Positions 39,901-53,900 of a DNA stretch of 64,000 bases are shown piece by piece. The position numbers and the translations under genes were made by a program. The DNA comes from Eledone cirrhosa (Eukaryota): positions 434,930,001 to 434,994,000 of the forward strand of contig OZ024740.1 of the NCBI GenBank assembly GCA_964016885.1, given 5' to 3'. The notes under the pieces are model-generated. The model ran no database searches. It saw nothing but the letters and a program-made list of their open reading frames with translations, and was not told the origin of the DNA. Numbering within the stretch: the stretch's first letter is position 1; each line of letters begins with the position of its first letter.

Positions 39901-42900
39901 TGGGTAACTGTTTTAATAGAACCAACTGAAGTATATGATAGGTGGCGCTGTGGGTAACTGTTTTAATAGAACCAACACAGGTATATGATAGGTGGCACTG
40001 TGCATAATTGTTTTAATGGAACCAACTGAAGTATATGATAGGTGGCGCTGTGGGAAACTGTTTTAATGCAACCAACTGACGTATATGATAGGTGGCACTG
40101 TGGGAAACTGTTTTAATGGAACTAACTGAAGTATATGATAGGTGGCACTGTGGGTAACTGTTTTAATGCAACAAACTGAAATATATGATAGGTGGCACTG
40201 TGGGAAACTGTTTTAATGCAACCAACTGAAGTATATGATAGGTGGCACTGTGGGAAACTGTTTTAATGCAACCAACTGACGTATATGATAGGTGGCACTG
40301 TGGGAAACTGTTTTAATGGAACTAACTGAAGTATATGATAGGTGGCACTGTGGGAAACTGTTTTAATGCAGCCAACTGAAGTATATGATAGGTGGCGCTG
40401 TGGGTAACTGTTTTAATGCAACCAACTGAAGTATATGATAGGCAGCGCTGTGGGAAACTGTTTTAATGGAACCAACTGAAGTATATGATAGGTGGCACTG
40501 TGGGAAACTGTTTTAATGGAACTAACTGAAGTATATGATAGGTGGCACTGTGGGAAACTGTTTTAATGGAACTAACTGAAGTATATGATAGGTGGCACTG
40601 TGGGAAACTGTTTTAATGGAACTAACTGAAGTATATGATAGGTGGCGCTGTGGGAAAATGTTTTAATGGAACCAACTGAAGTATACAATAGGTAGCGCTG
40701 TGGGAACTGTTTTAATGCAACCAACTGAAGTATATGATAGGTGGCGCTGTGGGTAACTCTTTTATTGGAACCAACTGAAGTATATGATAGGTGGTGCTGC
40801 GGGAAACAGTTTTAATGGAACCAACTGAAGTATATGATAGGTGGCACTGTGGGAAACTGTTTTAATGGAACTAACTGAAGTATATGATAGGTGGCACTGT
40901 GGGAAACTGTTTTAATGGAACCAACTGAAGTATATGATAGGTGGCACTGTGGGTAACGGTTTTAATGCAACCAACTGAAGTATATGATAGGTGGCGCTGT
41001 GGGAAACTGTTTTAATGGAACCAACTGAAGTATATGATAGGTGGCGCTGTGGGAAACTGTTTTAATGGAACCAACTGAAGTATATGATAGGTGGCACTGT
41101 GGGTAACTGTTTTAATGGAACCAACTGAAGTATATGATAGATGGCGCTGTGGGAAATTGTTTTAATGGAACCAACTGAAGTATATGATAGGTGGCACTGT
41201 GGGTAACTGTTTTAATAGAACCAACTGAAGTATATGATAGGTGGCGCTGTGGGTAACTGTTTTAATAGAACCAACACAGGTATATGATAGGTGGCACTGT
41301 GCATAATTGTTTTAATGGAACCAACTGAAGTATATGATAGGTGGCGCTGTGGGAAACTGTTTTAATGCAACCAACTGACGTATATGATAGGTGGCACTGT
41401 GGGAAACTGTTTTAATGGAACTAACTGAAGTATATGATAGGTGGCACTGTGGGTAACTGTTTTAATGCAACAAACTGAAGTATATGATAGGTGGCACTGT
41501 GGGAAACTGTTTTAATGCAACCAACTGAAGTATATGATAGGTGGCACTGTGGGAAACTGTTTTAATGCAACCAACTGACGTATATGATAGGTGGCACTGT
41601 GGGAAACTGTTTTAATGCAACCAACTGAAGTATATGATAGGTGGCACTGTGGGAAACTGTTTTAATGGAACTAACTGAAGTATATGATAGGTGGCACTGT
41701 GGGAAACTGTTTTAATGCAGCCAACTGAAGTATATGATAGGTGGCGCTGTGGGTAACTGTTTTAATGCAACCAACTGAAGTATATGATAGGCAGCGCTGT
41801 GGGAAACTGTTTTAATGGAACCAACTGAAGTATATGATAGGCGGCGCTGTGGAAAACTGTTTTAATGGAACCAACTGAAGTATATGATAGGTGGCACTGT
41901 GGGAAACTGTTTTAATGCAACCAACTGAAGTATATGATAGGCGGCACTGTGGGAAACTGTTTTAATGGAACTAACTGAAGTATATGATAGGCGGCGCTGT
42001 GGGAAACTGTTTTAATGCAACCAACTGAAGTATATGATAGGAGGCACTGTGGGAAACTGTTTTAATGCAACCAACTGAAGTATATGATAGGCGGCACTGT
42101 GGGAAACTGTTTTAATGGAACTAACTGAAGTATATGATAGGCGGTGCTGTGGGAAACTGTTTTAATGGAACCAACTGAAGTATATGATAGGTGGCACTGT
42201 GGGAAACTGTTTTAATGCAACCAACTGAAGTATATGATAGGCGGCACTGTGGGAAACTGTTTTAATGGAACTAACTGAAGTATATGATATGCGGCGCTGT
42301 GGGAAACTGTTTTAATGGAACCAACTGAAGTATATGATAGGTGGCACTGTGGGAAACTGTTTTAATGCAACCAACTGAAGTATATGATAGGTGGCACTGT
42401 GGGTAACTGTTTTAATGGAACCAACTCAAGTATATTATAGGCGGCACTGTGGGAAACTGTTTTAATGGAACTAACTGAAGTATATGATAGGCGGCGCTGT
42501 GGGAAACTGTTTTAATGGAACCAACTGAAGTATATGATAGGTGGCACTGTGGGAAACTGTTTTAATGCAACCAACTGAAGTATATTATAGGTGGCACTGT
42601 GCGTAACTGTTTTAATGGAACCAACTGAAGTATATGATAGATGGCGCTGTGGGAAATTGTTTTAATGGAACCAACTGAAGTATATGATAGGTGGCGCTGT
42701 GGGAAACTGTTTTAATGGAAGCAACTGAAGTATATGATACGTGGCACTGTGGGAAACTGTTTAAATAGAACCAAGTGAAGTATATGATAGGTGGCGCTGT
42801 GGGTAACTGTTTTAATAGAACCAACTCAGGTATATGATAGGTGGCGCTGTGGGAAACTGTTTTAATGGAACCAACTCAGGTATATGATAGGTGGTACTGT

Positions 42901-42963
42901 GCGTAATTGTTTTAATGGAACCAACTGAAGTATATGATAGGTGGCGCTGTGGGAAACTGTTTT

Positions 42964-43528
42964 CATCATCATCATCATCATCACCGTTTTACGTCCGTTC
43001 TTCCACGTTAGCATGGGTTAGACGGGTTGTCCTGTTGTGGGCAGTGTCTGGTCGGCTGACCATGCCTTGCTCATACAGGAACTGATCTGGCTTGATTTCT
43101 ACAGCTGGATGCCCTTCCTAACACCAACCTCATTTACAGTGTGGGCTGGGTGCTTTTTTGCCGTGGCACCTCCACGACCACCTTGCGGTGGGGGGTGTGG
43201 GGGCATATTGTTTATATGCTTCAGCATGTACCCATGGGAGGTCGGGTACCCTGTATTACTGCGTGACGCCAGAAGTCACGGTCGTGTGTCATTGACTTTG
43301 AGAGGTGTAGTTGGGTAAGGTCGGCTTTTATCACCTCATCCCAAGTCATCTTGGGTCTCTCCACTCCGCGGTTTCCATCAACTTCTAGTGCTCTGCACCT
43401 TTTTATGCAGCTGTCATCCTTCATACGCATCACATGTCCATACCAGCGTAACCGCCTCTCCTGCACGCAGCATTTGATTCCTCTTATGCTCAGTCTCTCT
43501 CTCAATTCCTTTATGCTTTGTCGTTCAT
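42964..43528 (-). mobile_element. 5'-truncated RTE LINE fragment, copy 6 (565 bp)
   Basis: Same junctions; C>T at 43360 (GRP>ERP) shared by copies 6-8. Confidence 0.93.
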
Positions 43529-45999
43529 TGTTTTAATGCAACCAACTGAAGTAGAGTATAGGCAGCGCTGTGGGAAACTGTTTTAATGGAACCAACTGAA
43601 GTATATGATAGGCAGCGCTGTGGGAAACTGTTGTAATGGAACAAACTGAAGTATATGATAGGTGGCACTGTGGGAAACTGTTTTAATGGAACTAACTCAG
43701 GTATATGATAGGTGGCGCTGTGGGTAACTGTTTTAATGGAACCAACTGAAGTATATGATAGGTGGCGCTGTGGGAAACTATTTTAATGGAACCAACTGAT
43801 GTATATGATAGGTGGCGCTGTGGGTAGCTGTTTTAATAGAACCAACTGAAATATATCATAGGTGGTGCTGTGGGAAACTGTCTTAATAGAACCAACTCAG
43901 GTATATGATAGGTGGCGCTGTGGGAAACTGTTTTAATGGAACCAACTGAAGTATATGATAGGTGGCACTGTGGGTAACTGTTTTAATGGAACCAACTGAA
44001 GTATATGATAGGTGGCGCTGTGGGAAACTGTTTTAATGGAACCAACTGACATATATGATAGGTGGCGCTGTGGGAAACAGTTTTAATGGAACCAACTGAA
44101 GTATATGATAGGTGGCGCTGTGGGTAACTGTTTTAATGGAACTAACTCAGGTATATGATAGGTGCCGCTGTGGGTTACTGTTTTAATAGAACCAACTCGG
44201 GTATATGATAGGTGGCGCTGTGGGTAAATGTTTTAATGGAACCAACTGAAGTATATGATAGGTGGCGCTGTGGGTAACTGTTTTAATAGAACCAACTCAG
44301 GTATATGATAGGTGGCGCTGTGGGAAACTGTTTTAATGGAACCAACTGAAGTATATGATATGTGGCACTGTGCGTAATTGTTTTAATGGAACCAACTGAA
44401 GTATATGATAAGTGGCGCTGTGGGAAACTGTTTTAATGCAACCAACTGAAGTATATGATAGGTGGCACTGTGGGAAACGGTTTTAATGGAATTAACTGAA
44501 GTATATGATAGGTGGCGCTGTGGGAAACTGTTTTAATGCAACCAACTGAAGTATATGATAGGTGGCACTGTGGGAAACTGTTTTAATGGAACTAACTGAA
44601 GTATATGATAGGTGGCACTGTGGGAAACTGTTTTAATGCAACCAACTGAAGTATATGATAGGTGGCACTGTGGGAAACTGTTTTAATGGAACTAACTGAA
44701 GTATATGATAAGTGGCACTGTGGGAAACTGTTTTAATAGAACTAACTGAAGTATATGATAGGTGGCACTGTGGGTAACTGTTTTAATGGAACCAACTGAA
44801 GTATATGATAGATGGCGCTGTGGGAAATTGTTTTAATGGAACCAACTGAAGTATATGATAGGTGGCACTGTGGGAAACTGTTTTAATGGAACTAACTGAA
44901 GTATATGATAAGTGGCACTGTGGGAAACTGTTTTAATAGAACTAACTGAAGTATATGATAGGTGGCACTGTGGGTAACTGTTTTAATGGAACCAACTGAA
45001 GTATATGATAGATGGCGCTGTTGGAAATTGTTTTAATGGAACCAACTGAAGTATATGATAGGTGGCACTGTGGGAAACTGTTTTAATGGAACTAACTGAA
45101 GTATATGATAAGTGGCACTGTGGGAAACTGTTTTAATAGAACTAACTGAAGTATATGATAGGTGGCACTGTGGGAAACTGTTTTAATGGAACTAACTGAA
45201 GTATATGATAAGTGGCACTGTGGGAAACTGTTTTAATAGAACTAACTGAAGTATATGATAGGTGGCACTGTGGGTAACTGTTTTAATGGAACCAACTGAA
45301 GTATATGATAGATGGCGCTGTGGGAAATTGTTTTAATGGAACCAACTGAAGTATATGATAGGTGGCACTGTGGGTAACTGTTTTAATAGAACCAACTGAA
45401 GTATATGATAGGTGGCGCTGTGGGTAACTGTTTTAATAGAACCAACACAGGTATATGATAGGTGGCACTGTGCATAATTGTTTTAATGGAACCAACTGAA
45501 GTATATGATAGGTGGCGCTGTGGGAAACTGTTTTAATGCAACCAACTGACGTATATGATAGGTGGCACTGTGGGAAACTGTTTTAATGGAACTAACTGAA
45601 GTATATGATAGGTGGCACTGTGGGTAACTGTTTTAATGCAACAAACTGAAGTATATGATAGGTGGCACTGTGGGAAACTGTTTTAATGCAACCAACTGAA
45701 GTATATGATAGGTGGCACTGTGGGAAACTGTTTTAATGACACCAACTGACGTATATGATAGGTGGCACTGTGGGAAACTGTTTTAATGCAACCAACTGAA
45801 GTATATGATAGGTGGCACTGTGGGAAACTGTTTTAATGGAACTAACTGAAGTATATGATAGGTGGCACTGTGGGAAACTGTTTTAATGCAGCCAACTGAA
45901 GTATATGATAGGTGGCGCTGTGGGTAACTGTTTTAATGCAACCAACTGAAGTATATGATAGGCAGCGCTGTGGGAAACTGTTTTAATGGAACCAACTGA

Positions 46000-48900
46000 A
46001 GTATATGATAGGTGGCACTGTGGGAAACTGTTTTAATGGAACTAACTGAAGTATATGATAGGTGGCACTGTGGGAAACTGTTTTAATGGAACTAACTGAA
46101 GTATATGATAGGTGGCACTGTGGGAAACTGTTTTAATGGAACTAACTGAAGTATATGATAGGTGGCGCTGTGGGAAACTGTTTTAATGGAACCAACTGAA
46201 GTATACAATAGGTAGCGCTGTGGGAACTGTTTTAATGCAACCAACTGAAGTATATGATAGGTGGCGCTGTGGGTAACTCTTTTATTGGAACCAACTGAAG
46301 TATATGATAGGTGGTGCTGTGGGAAACAGTTTTAATGGAACCAACTGAAGTATATGATAGGTGGCACTGTGGTTAACTCTTTTAATGGAACCAACTCAGG
46401 TATATGATAGGTGGCGCTGTGGGAAACTGTTTTAATGGAACCAACTGAAGTATATGATAGATGGCGCTGTGGGAAACTATTTTAATGGAACCAACTGATC
46501 TATATGATAGGTGGCGCTGTGGGTAGCTGTTTTAATAGAACCAACTGAAATATATCATAGGTGGCGCTGTGGGAAACTGTTTTAATGGAACCAACTGAAG
46601 TATATGATAGGTGGCACTGTGGGTAACTGTTTTAATGGAACCAACTGAAGTATATGATAGATGGCGCTGTGGGAAATTGTTTTAATGGAACCAACTGAAG
46701 TATATGATAGGTGGCACTGTGGGTAACTGTTTTAATAGAACCAACTGAAGTATATGATAGGTGGCGCTGTGGGTAACTGTTTTAATAGAACCAACACAGG
46801 TATATGATAGGTGGCACTGTGCATAATTGTTTTAATGGAACCAACTGAAGTATATGATAGGTGGCGCTGTGGGAAACTGTTTTAATGCAACCAACTGACG
46901 TATATGATAGGTGGCACTGTGGGAAACTGTTTTAATGGAACTAACTGAAGTATATGATAGGTGGCACTGTGGGTAACTGTTTTAATGCAACAAACTGAAG
47001 TATATGATAGGTGGCACTGTGGGAAACTGTTTTAATGCAACCAACTGAAGTATATGATAGGTGGCACTGTGGGAAACTGTTTTAATGCAACCAACTGACG
47101 TATATGATAGGTGGCACTGTGGGAAACTGTTTTAATGCAACCAACTGAAGTATATGATAGGTGGCACTGTGGGAAACTGTTTTAATGGAACTAACTGAAG
47201 TATATGATAGGTGGCACTGTGGGAAACTGTTTTAATGCAGCCAACTGAAGTATATGATAGGCAGCGCTGTGGGAAACTGTTTTAATGGAACCAACTGAAG
47301 TATATGATAGGCGGCGCTGTGGAAAACTGTTTTAATGGAACCAACTGAAGTATATGATAGGTGGCACTGTGGGAAACTGTTTTAATGCAACCAACTGAAG
47401 TATATGATAGGTGGCACTGTGGGAAACTGTTTTAATGGAACTAACTGAAGTATATGATAGGTGGCACTGTGGGAAACTGTTTTAATGCAACCAACTGAAG
47501 TATATGATAGGCGGCACTGTGGGAAACTGTTTTAATGGAACTAACTGAAGTATATGATAGGCGGCGCTGTGGGAAACTGTTTTAATGCAACCAACTGAAG
47601 TATATGATAGGAGGCACTGTGGGAAACTGTTTTAATGCAACCAACTGAAGTATATGATAGGCGGCACTGTGGGAAACTGTTTTAATGGAACTAACTGAAG
47701 TATATGATAGGGGGTTCCGTGGGAAACTGTTTTAATGGAACCAACTGAAGTATATGATAGGTGGCACTGTGGGAAACTGTTTTAATGCAACCAACTGAAG
47801 TATATGATAGGCGGCACTGTGGGAAACTGTTTTAATGGAACTAACTGAAGTATATGATAGGCGGCGCTGTGGGAAACTGTTTTAATGGAACCAACTGAAG
47901 TATATGATAGGTGGCACTGTGGGAAACTGTTTTAATGCAACCAACTGAAGTATATGATAGGTGGCACTGTGGGTAACTGTTTTAATGGAACCAACTCAAG
48001 TATATTATAGGCGGCACTGTGGGAAACTGTTTTAATGGAACTAACTGAAGTATATGATAGGCGGCGCTGTGGGAAACTGTTTTAATGGAACCAACTGAAG
48101 TATATGATAGGTGGCACTGTGGGAAACTGTTTTAATGGAACTAACTGAAGTATATGATAGGTGGCACTGTGGGAAACTGTTTTAATGGAACTAACTGAAG
48201 TATATGATAGGTGGCACTGTGGGAAACTGTTTTAATGGAACTAACTGAAGTATATGATAGGTGGCGCTGTGGGAAACTGTTTTAATGGAACCAACTGAAG
48301 TATACAATAGGTTGCGCTGTGGGAACTGTTTTAATGCAACCAACTGAAGTATATGATAGGTGGCGCTGTGGGTAACTCTTTTATTGGAACCAACTGAAGT
48401 ATATGATAGGTGGTGCTGTGGGAAACAGTTTTAATGGAACCAACTGAAGTATATGATAGGTGGCACTGTGGATAACTCTTTTAATGGAACCAACTCAGGT
48501 ATATGATAGGTGGCGCTGTGGGAAACTGTTTTAATGGAACCAACTGAAGTATATGATAGATGGCGCTGTGGGAAACTATTTTAATGGAACCAACTGATCT
48601 ATATGATAGGTGGCGCTGTGGGTAGCTGTTTTAATAGAACCAACTGAAATATATCATAGGTGGCGCTGTGGGAAACTGTTTTAATGGAACCAACTGAAGT
48701 ATATGATAGGTGGCACTGTGGGTAACTGTTTTAATGGAACCAACTGAAGTATATGATAGATGGCGCTGTGGGAAATTGTTTTAATGGAACCAACTGAAGT
48801 ATATGATAGGTGGCACTGTGGGTAACTGTTTTAATAGAACCAACTGAAGTATATGATAGGTGGCGCTGTGGGTAACTGTTTTAATAGAACCAACACAGGT

Positions 48901-49700
48901 ATATGATAGGTGGCACTGTGCATAATTGTTTTAATGGAACCAACTGAAGTATATGATAGGTGGCACTGTGGGAAACTGTTTTAATGCAACCAACTGACGT
49001 ATATGATAGGTGGCACTGTGGGAAACTGTTTTAATGGAACTAACTGAAGTATATGATAGGTGGCACTGTGGGTAACTGTTTTAATGCAACAAACTGAAGT
49101 ATATGATAGGTGGCACTGTGGGAAACTGTTTTAATGCAACCAACTGAAGTATATGATAGGTGGCACTGTGGGAAACTGTTTTAATGCAACCAACTGACGT
49201 ATATGATAGGTGGCACTGTGGGAAACTGTTTTAATGCAACCAACTGAAGTATATGATAGGTGGCACTGTGGGAAACTGTTTTAATGGAACTAACTGAAGT
49301 ATATGATAGGTGGCACTGTGGGAAACTGTTTTAATGCAGCCAACTGAAGTATATGATAGGTGGCGCTGTGGGTAACTGTTTTAATGCAACCAACTGAAGT
49401 ATATGATAGGCAGCGCTGTGGGAAACTGTTTTAATGGAACCAACTGAAGTATATGATAGGCAGCGCTGTGGAAAACTGTTTTAATGGAACCAACTGAAGT
49501 ATATGATAGGTGGCACTGTGGGAAACTGTTTTAATGCAACCAACTGAAGTATATGATAGGCGGCACTGTGGGAAACTGTTTTAATGGAACTAACTGAAGT
49601 ATATGATAGGCGGCGCTGTGGGAAACTGTTTTAATGCAACCAACTGAAGTATATGATAGGAGGCACTGTGGGAAACTGTTTTAATGCAACCAACTGAAGT
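46000..49700. repeat. Duplication within the array, period ~2099 bp
   Basis: A 49-bp monomer (tgggaactg) at 46221/48320, tgcataattg at 46820/48919, and actgatctata in both units. Boundaries approximate. Confidence 0.7.
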
Positions 49701-50382
49701 ATATGATAGGCGGCGCTGTGGGAAACTGTTTTAATGGAACCAACTGAAGTATATGATAGGTGGCACTGTGGGAAACTGTTTTAATGCAACCAACTGAAGT
49801 ATATGATAGGTGGCACTGTGGGTAACTGTTTTAATGGAACCAACTCAAGTATATTATAGGCGGCACTGTGGGAAACTGTTTTAATGGAACTAACTGAAGT
49901 ATATGATAGGCGGCGCTGTGGGAAACTGTTTTAATGGAACCAACTGAAGTATATGATAGGTGGCACTGTGGGAAACTGTTTTAATGCAACCAACTGAAGT
50001 ATATTATAGGTGGCACTGTGCGTAACTGTTTTAATGGAACCAACTGAAGTATATGATAGATGGCGCTGTGGGAAATTGTTTTAATGGAACCAACTGAAGT
50101 ATATGATAGGTGGCGCTGTGGGAAACTGTTTTAATGGAAGCAACTGAAGTATATGATACGTGGCACTGTGGGAAACTGTTTAAATAGAACCAAGTGAAGT
50201 ATATGATAGGTGGCGCTGTGGGTAACTGTTTTAATAGAACCAACTCAGGTATATGATAGGTGGCGCTGTGGGAAACTGTTTTAATGGAACCAACTCAGGT
50301 ATATGATAGGTGGTACTGTGCGTAATTGTTTTAATGGAACCAACTGAAGTATATGATAGGTGGCGCTGTGGGAAACTGTTTT

Positions 50383-50947
50383 CATCATCATCATCATCAT
50401 CACCGTTTTACGTCCGTTCTTCCACGTTAGCATGGGTTAGACGGGTTGTCCTGTTGTGGGCAGTGTCTGGTCGGCTGACCATGCCTTGCTCATACAGGAA
50501 CTGATCTGGCTTGATTTCTACAGCTGGATGCCCTTCCTAACACCAACCTCATTTACAGTGTGGGCTGGGTGCTTTTTTGCCGTGGCACCTCCACGACCAC
50601 CTTGCGGTGGGGGGTGTGGGGGCATATTGTTTATATGCTTCAGCATGTACCCATGGGAGGTCGGGTACCCTGTATTACTGCGTGACGCCAGAAGTCACGG
50701 TCGTGTGTCATTGACTTTGAGAGGTGTAGTTGGGTAAGGTCGGCTTTTATCACCTCATCCCAAGTCATCTTGGGTCTCTCCACTCCGCGGTTTCCATCAA
50801 CTTCTAGTGCTCTGCACCTTTTTATGCAGCTGTCATCCTTCATACGCATCACATGTCCATACCAGCGTAACCGCCTCTCCTGCACGCAGCATTTGATTCC
50901 TCTTATGCTCAGTCTCTCTCTCAATTCCTTTATGCTTTGTCGTTCAT
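50383..50947 (-). mobile_element. 5'-truncated RTE LINE fragment, copy 7 (565 bp)
   Basis: Same junctions; T at 50779. Confidence 0.93.
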
Positions 50948-53900
50948 TGTTTTAATGCAACCAACTGAAGTAGAGTATAGGCAGCGCTGTGGGAAACTGT
51001 TTTAATGGAACCAACTGAAGTATATGATAGGCAGCGCTGTGGGAAACTGTTGTAATGGAACAAACTGAAGTATATGATAGGTGGCACTGTGGGAAACTGT
51101 TTTAATGGAACTAACTCAGGTATATGATAGGTGGCGCTGTGGGTAACTGTTTTAATGGAACCAACTGAAGTATATGATAGGTGGCGCTGTGGGAAACTAT
51201 TTTAATGGAACCAACTGATGTATATGATAGGTGGCGCTGTGGGTAGCTGTTTTAATAGAACCAACTGAAATATATCATAGGTGGTGCTGTGGGAAACTGT
51301 CTTAATAGAACCAACTCAGGTATATGATAGGTGGCGCTGTGGGAAACTGTTTTAATGGAACCAACTGAAGTATATGATAGGTGGCACTGTGGGTAACTGT
51401 TTTAATGGAACCAACTGAAGTATATGATAGGTGGCGCTGTGGGAAACTGTTTTAATGGAACCAACTGACATATATGATAGGTGGCGCTGTGGGAAACAGT
51501 TTTAATGGAACCAACTGAAGTATATGATAGGTGGCGCTGTGGGTAACTGTTTTAATGGAACTAACTCAGGTATATGATAGGTGGCGCTGTGGGTTACTGT
51601 TTTAATAGAACCAACTCGGGTATATGATAGGTGGCGCTGTGGGTAAATGTTTTAATGGAACCAACTGAAGTATATGATAGGTGGCGCTGTGGGTTACTGT
51701 TTTAATAGAACCAACTCGGGTATATGATAGGTGGCGCTGTGCGTAATTGTTTTAATGGAACCAACTGAAGTATATGATAAGTGGCGCTGTGGGAAACTGT
51801 TTTAATGCAACCAACTGAAGTATATGATAGGTGGCACTGTGGGAAACGGTTTTAATGGAATTAACTGAAGTATATGATAGGTGGCGCTGTGGGAAACTGT
51901 TTTAATGCAACCAACTGAAGTATATGATAGGTGGCACTGTGGGAAACTGTTTTAATGGAACTAACTGAAGTATATGATAAGTGGCACTGTGGGAAACTGT
52001 TTTAATGCAACCAACTGAAGTATATGATAGGTGGCGCTGTGGGTAACTGTTTTAATGCAACCAACTCAAGTATATGGTAGGTGGCACTGTGGGAAACTGT
52101 TTTAATGCAACCAACTGAAGTATGTGATAGGTGGCACTGTGGGAAACTGTTTTAATAGAACTAACTGAAGTATATGATAGGTGGCACTGTGGGTAACTAT
52201 TTTAATGGAACCAACTCAGGTATATGATAGGTGGCGCTGTGGGAAACTGTTTTAATGGAACCAACTGAAGTATATGATAGGTGGCACTGTGGGAAATTGT
52301 TTCTATGGAACCAACTCAAGTATATGATAGGTGGCACTGTGGGTAACTGTTTTAATGGAACCAACTCAAGTATATTATAGGTGGCACTGTGGGTAACTGT
52401 TTTAATGGAACCAACTGAAGTATATGATAGGTGGCGCTGTGGGAAACTGTTTTAATGGAACCAACTGAAGTATATGATAGGTGGGGCTGTGAGAAACTGT
52501 TTTAATGAAACCAACTGAAGTATATGATACGTGGCACTGTGGGAAACTGTTTTAATAGAACCAAGTGAAGTATATGATAGGTGGGGCTGTGGGAAACTGT
52601 TTTAATAGAACCAACTCAGGTATATGATAGGTGGCGCTGTGGGTAAATCTTTTAATAGAACCAACTGAAGCATATGATAGGTGGCGTTGTAGGAAACTGT
52701 TTTAATGGAACCAACTGAAGTATATGGTAGGTGGCGCTGTGGGAAACTGTTTTAATGGAACTAACTCAGGTATATGATAGGTGGCGCTGTGGGTAACTGT
52801 TTTAATGGAACTAACTGAAGTATATGATAGGCGGCGCTGTGGGAAACTGTTTTAATGGAACCAACTGAAGTATATGGTAGGTGGCGCTGTGGGAAACTGT
52901 TTTAATGGAACTAACTCAGGTATATGATAGGCGGCACTGTGGGAAACTGTTTTAATGGAACTAACTGAAGTATATGATAGGCGGCGCTGTGGGAAACTGT
53001 TTTAATGGAACCAACTGAAGTATATGATAGGTGGCACTGTGGGAAACTGTTTTAATGCAACCAACTGAAGTATATGATAGGCGGCACTGTGGGAAACTGT
53101 TTTAATGGAACTAACTTAAGTATATGATAGGTGGCACTGTGGGAAACTGTTTTAATGGAACTAACTGAAGTATATGATAGGTGGCACTGTGGGAAACTGT
53201 TTTAATGGAACTAACTGAAGTATATGATAGGTGGCACTGTGGGAAACTGTTTTAATGCAACCAACTGAAGTATATGATAGGTGGTACTGTGGGAAACTGT
53301 TTTAATGGAACTAACTGAAGTATATGATAGGTGGCACTGTGGGAAACTGTTTTAATGGAACTAACTGAAGTATATGATAGGTGGCACTGTGGGAAACTGT
53401 TTTAATGGAACTAACTGAAGTATATGATAGGTGGCGCTGTGGGAAACTGTTTTAATGGAACCAACTGAAGTATACAATAGGTGGCGCTGTGGGAAACTGT
53501 TTTAATGGAACCAACTGAAGTATATGATAGGTGGCACTGTGGGAAACTGTTTTAATGGAACCAACTGAAGTATATGATAGGTGGTGCTGTGGGAAACAGT
53601 TTTAATGGAACCAACTGAAGTATATGATAGGTGGCACTGTGGGTAACTCTTTTAATGGAACCAACTCAGGTATATGATAGGTGGCGCTGTGGGAAACTGT
53701 TTTAATGGAACCAACTGAAGTATATGATAGGTGGCGCTGTGGGAAACTGTTTTAATGGAACCAACTGAAGTATATGATAGGTGGGGCTGTGGGAAACTGT
53801 TTTAATGAAACCAACTGAAGTATATGATACGTGGCACTGTGGGAAACTGTTTTAATAGAACCAAGTGAAGTATATGATAGGTGGGGCTGTGGGAAACTGT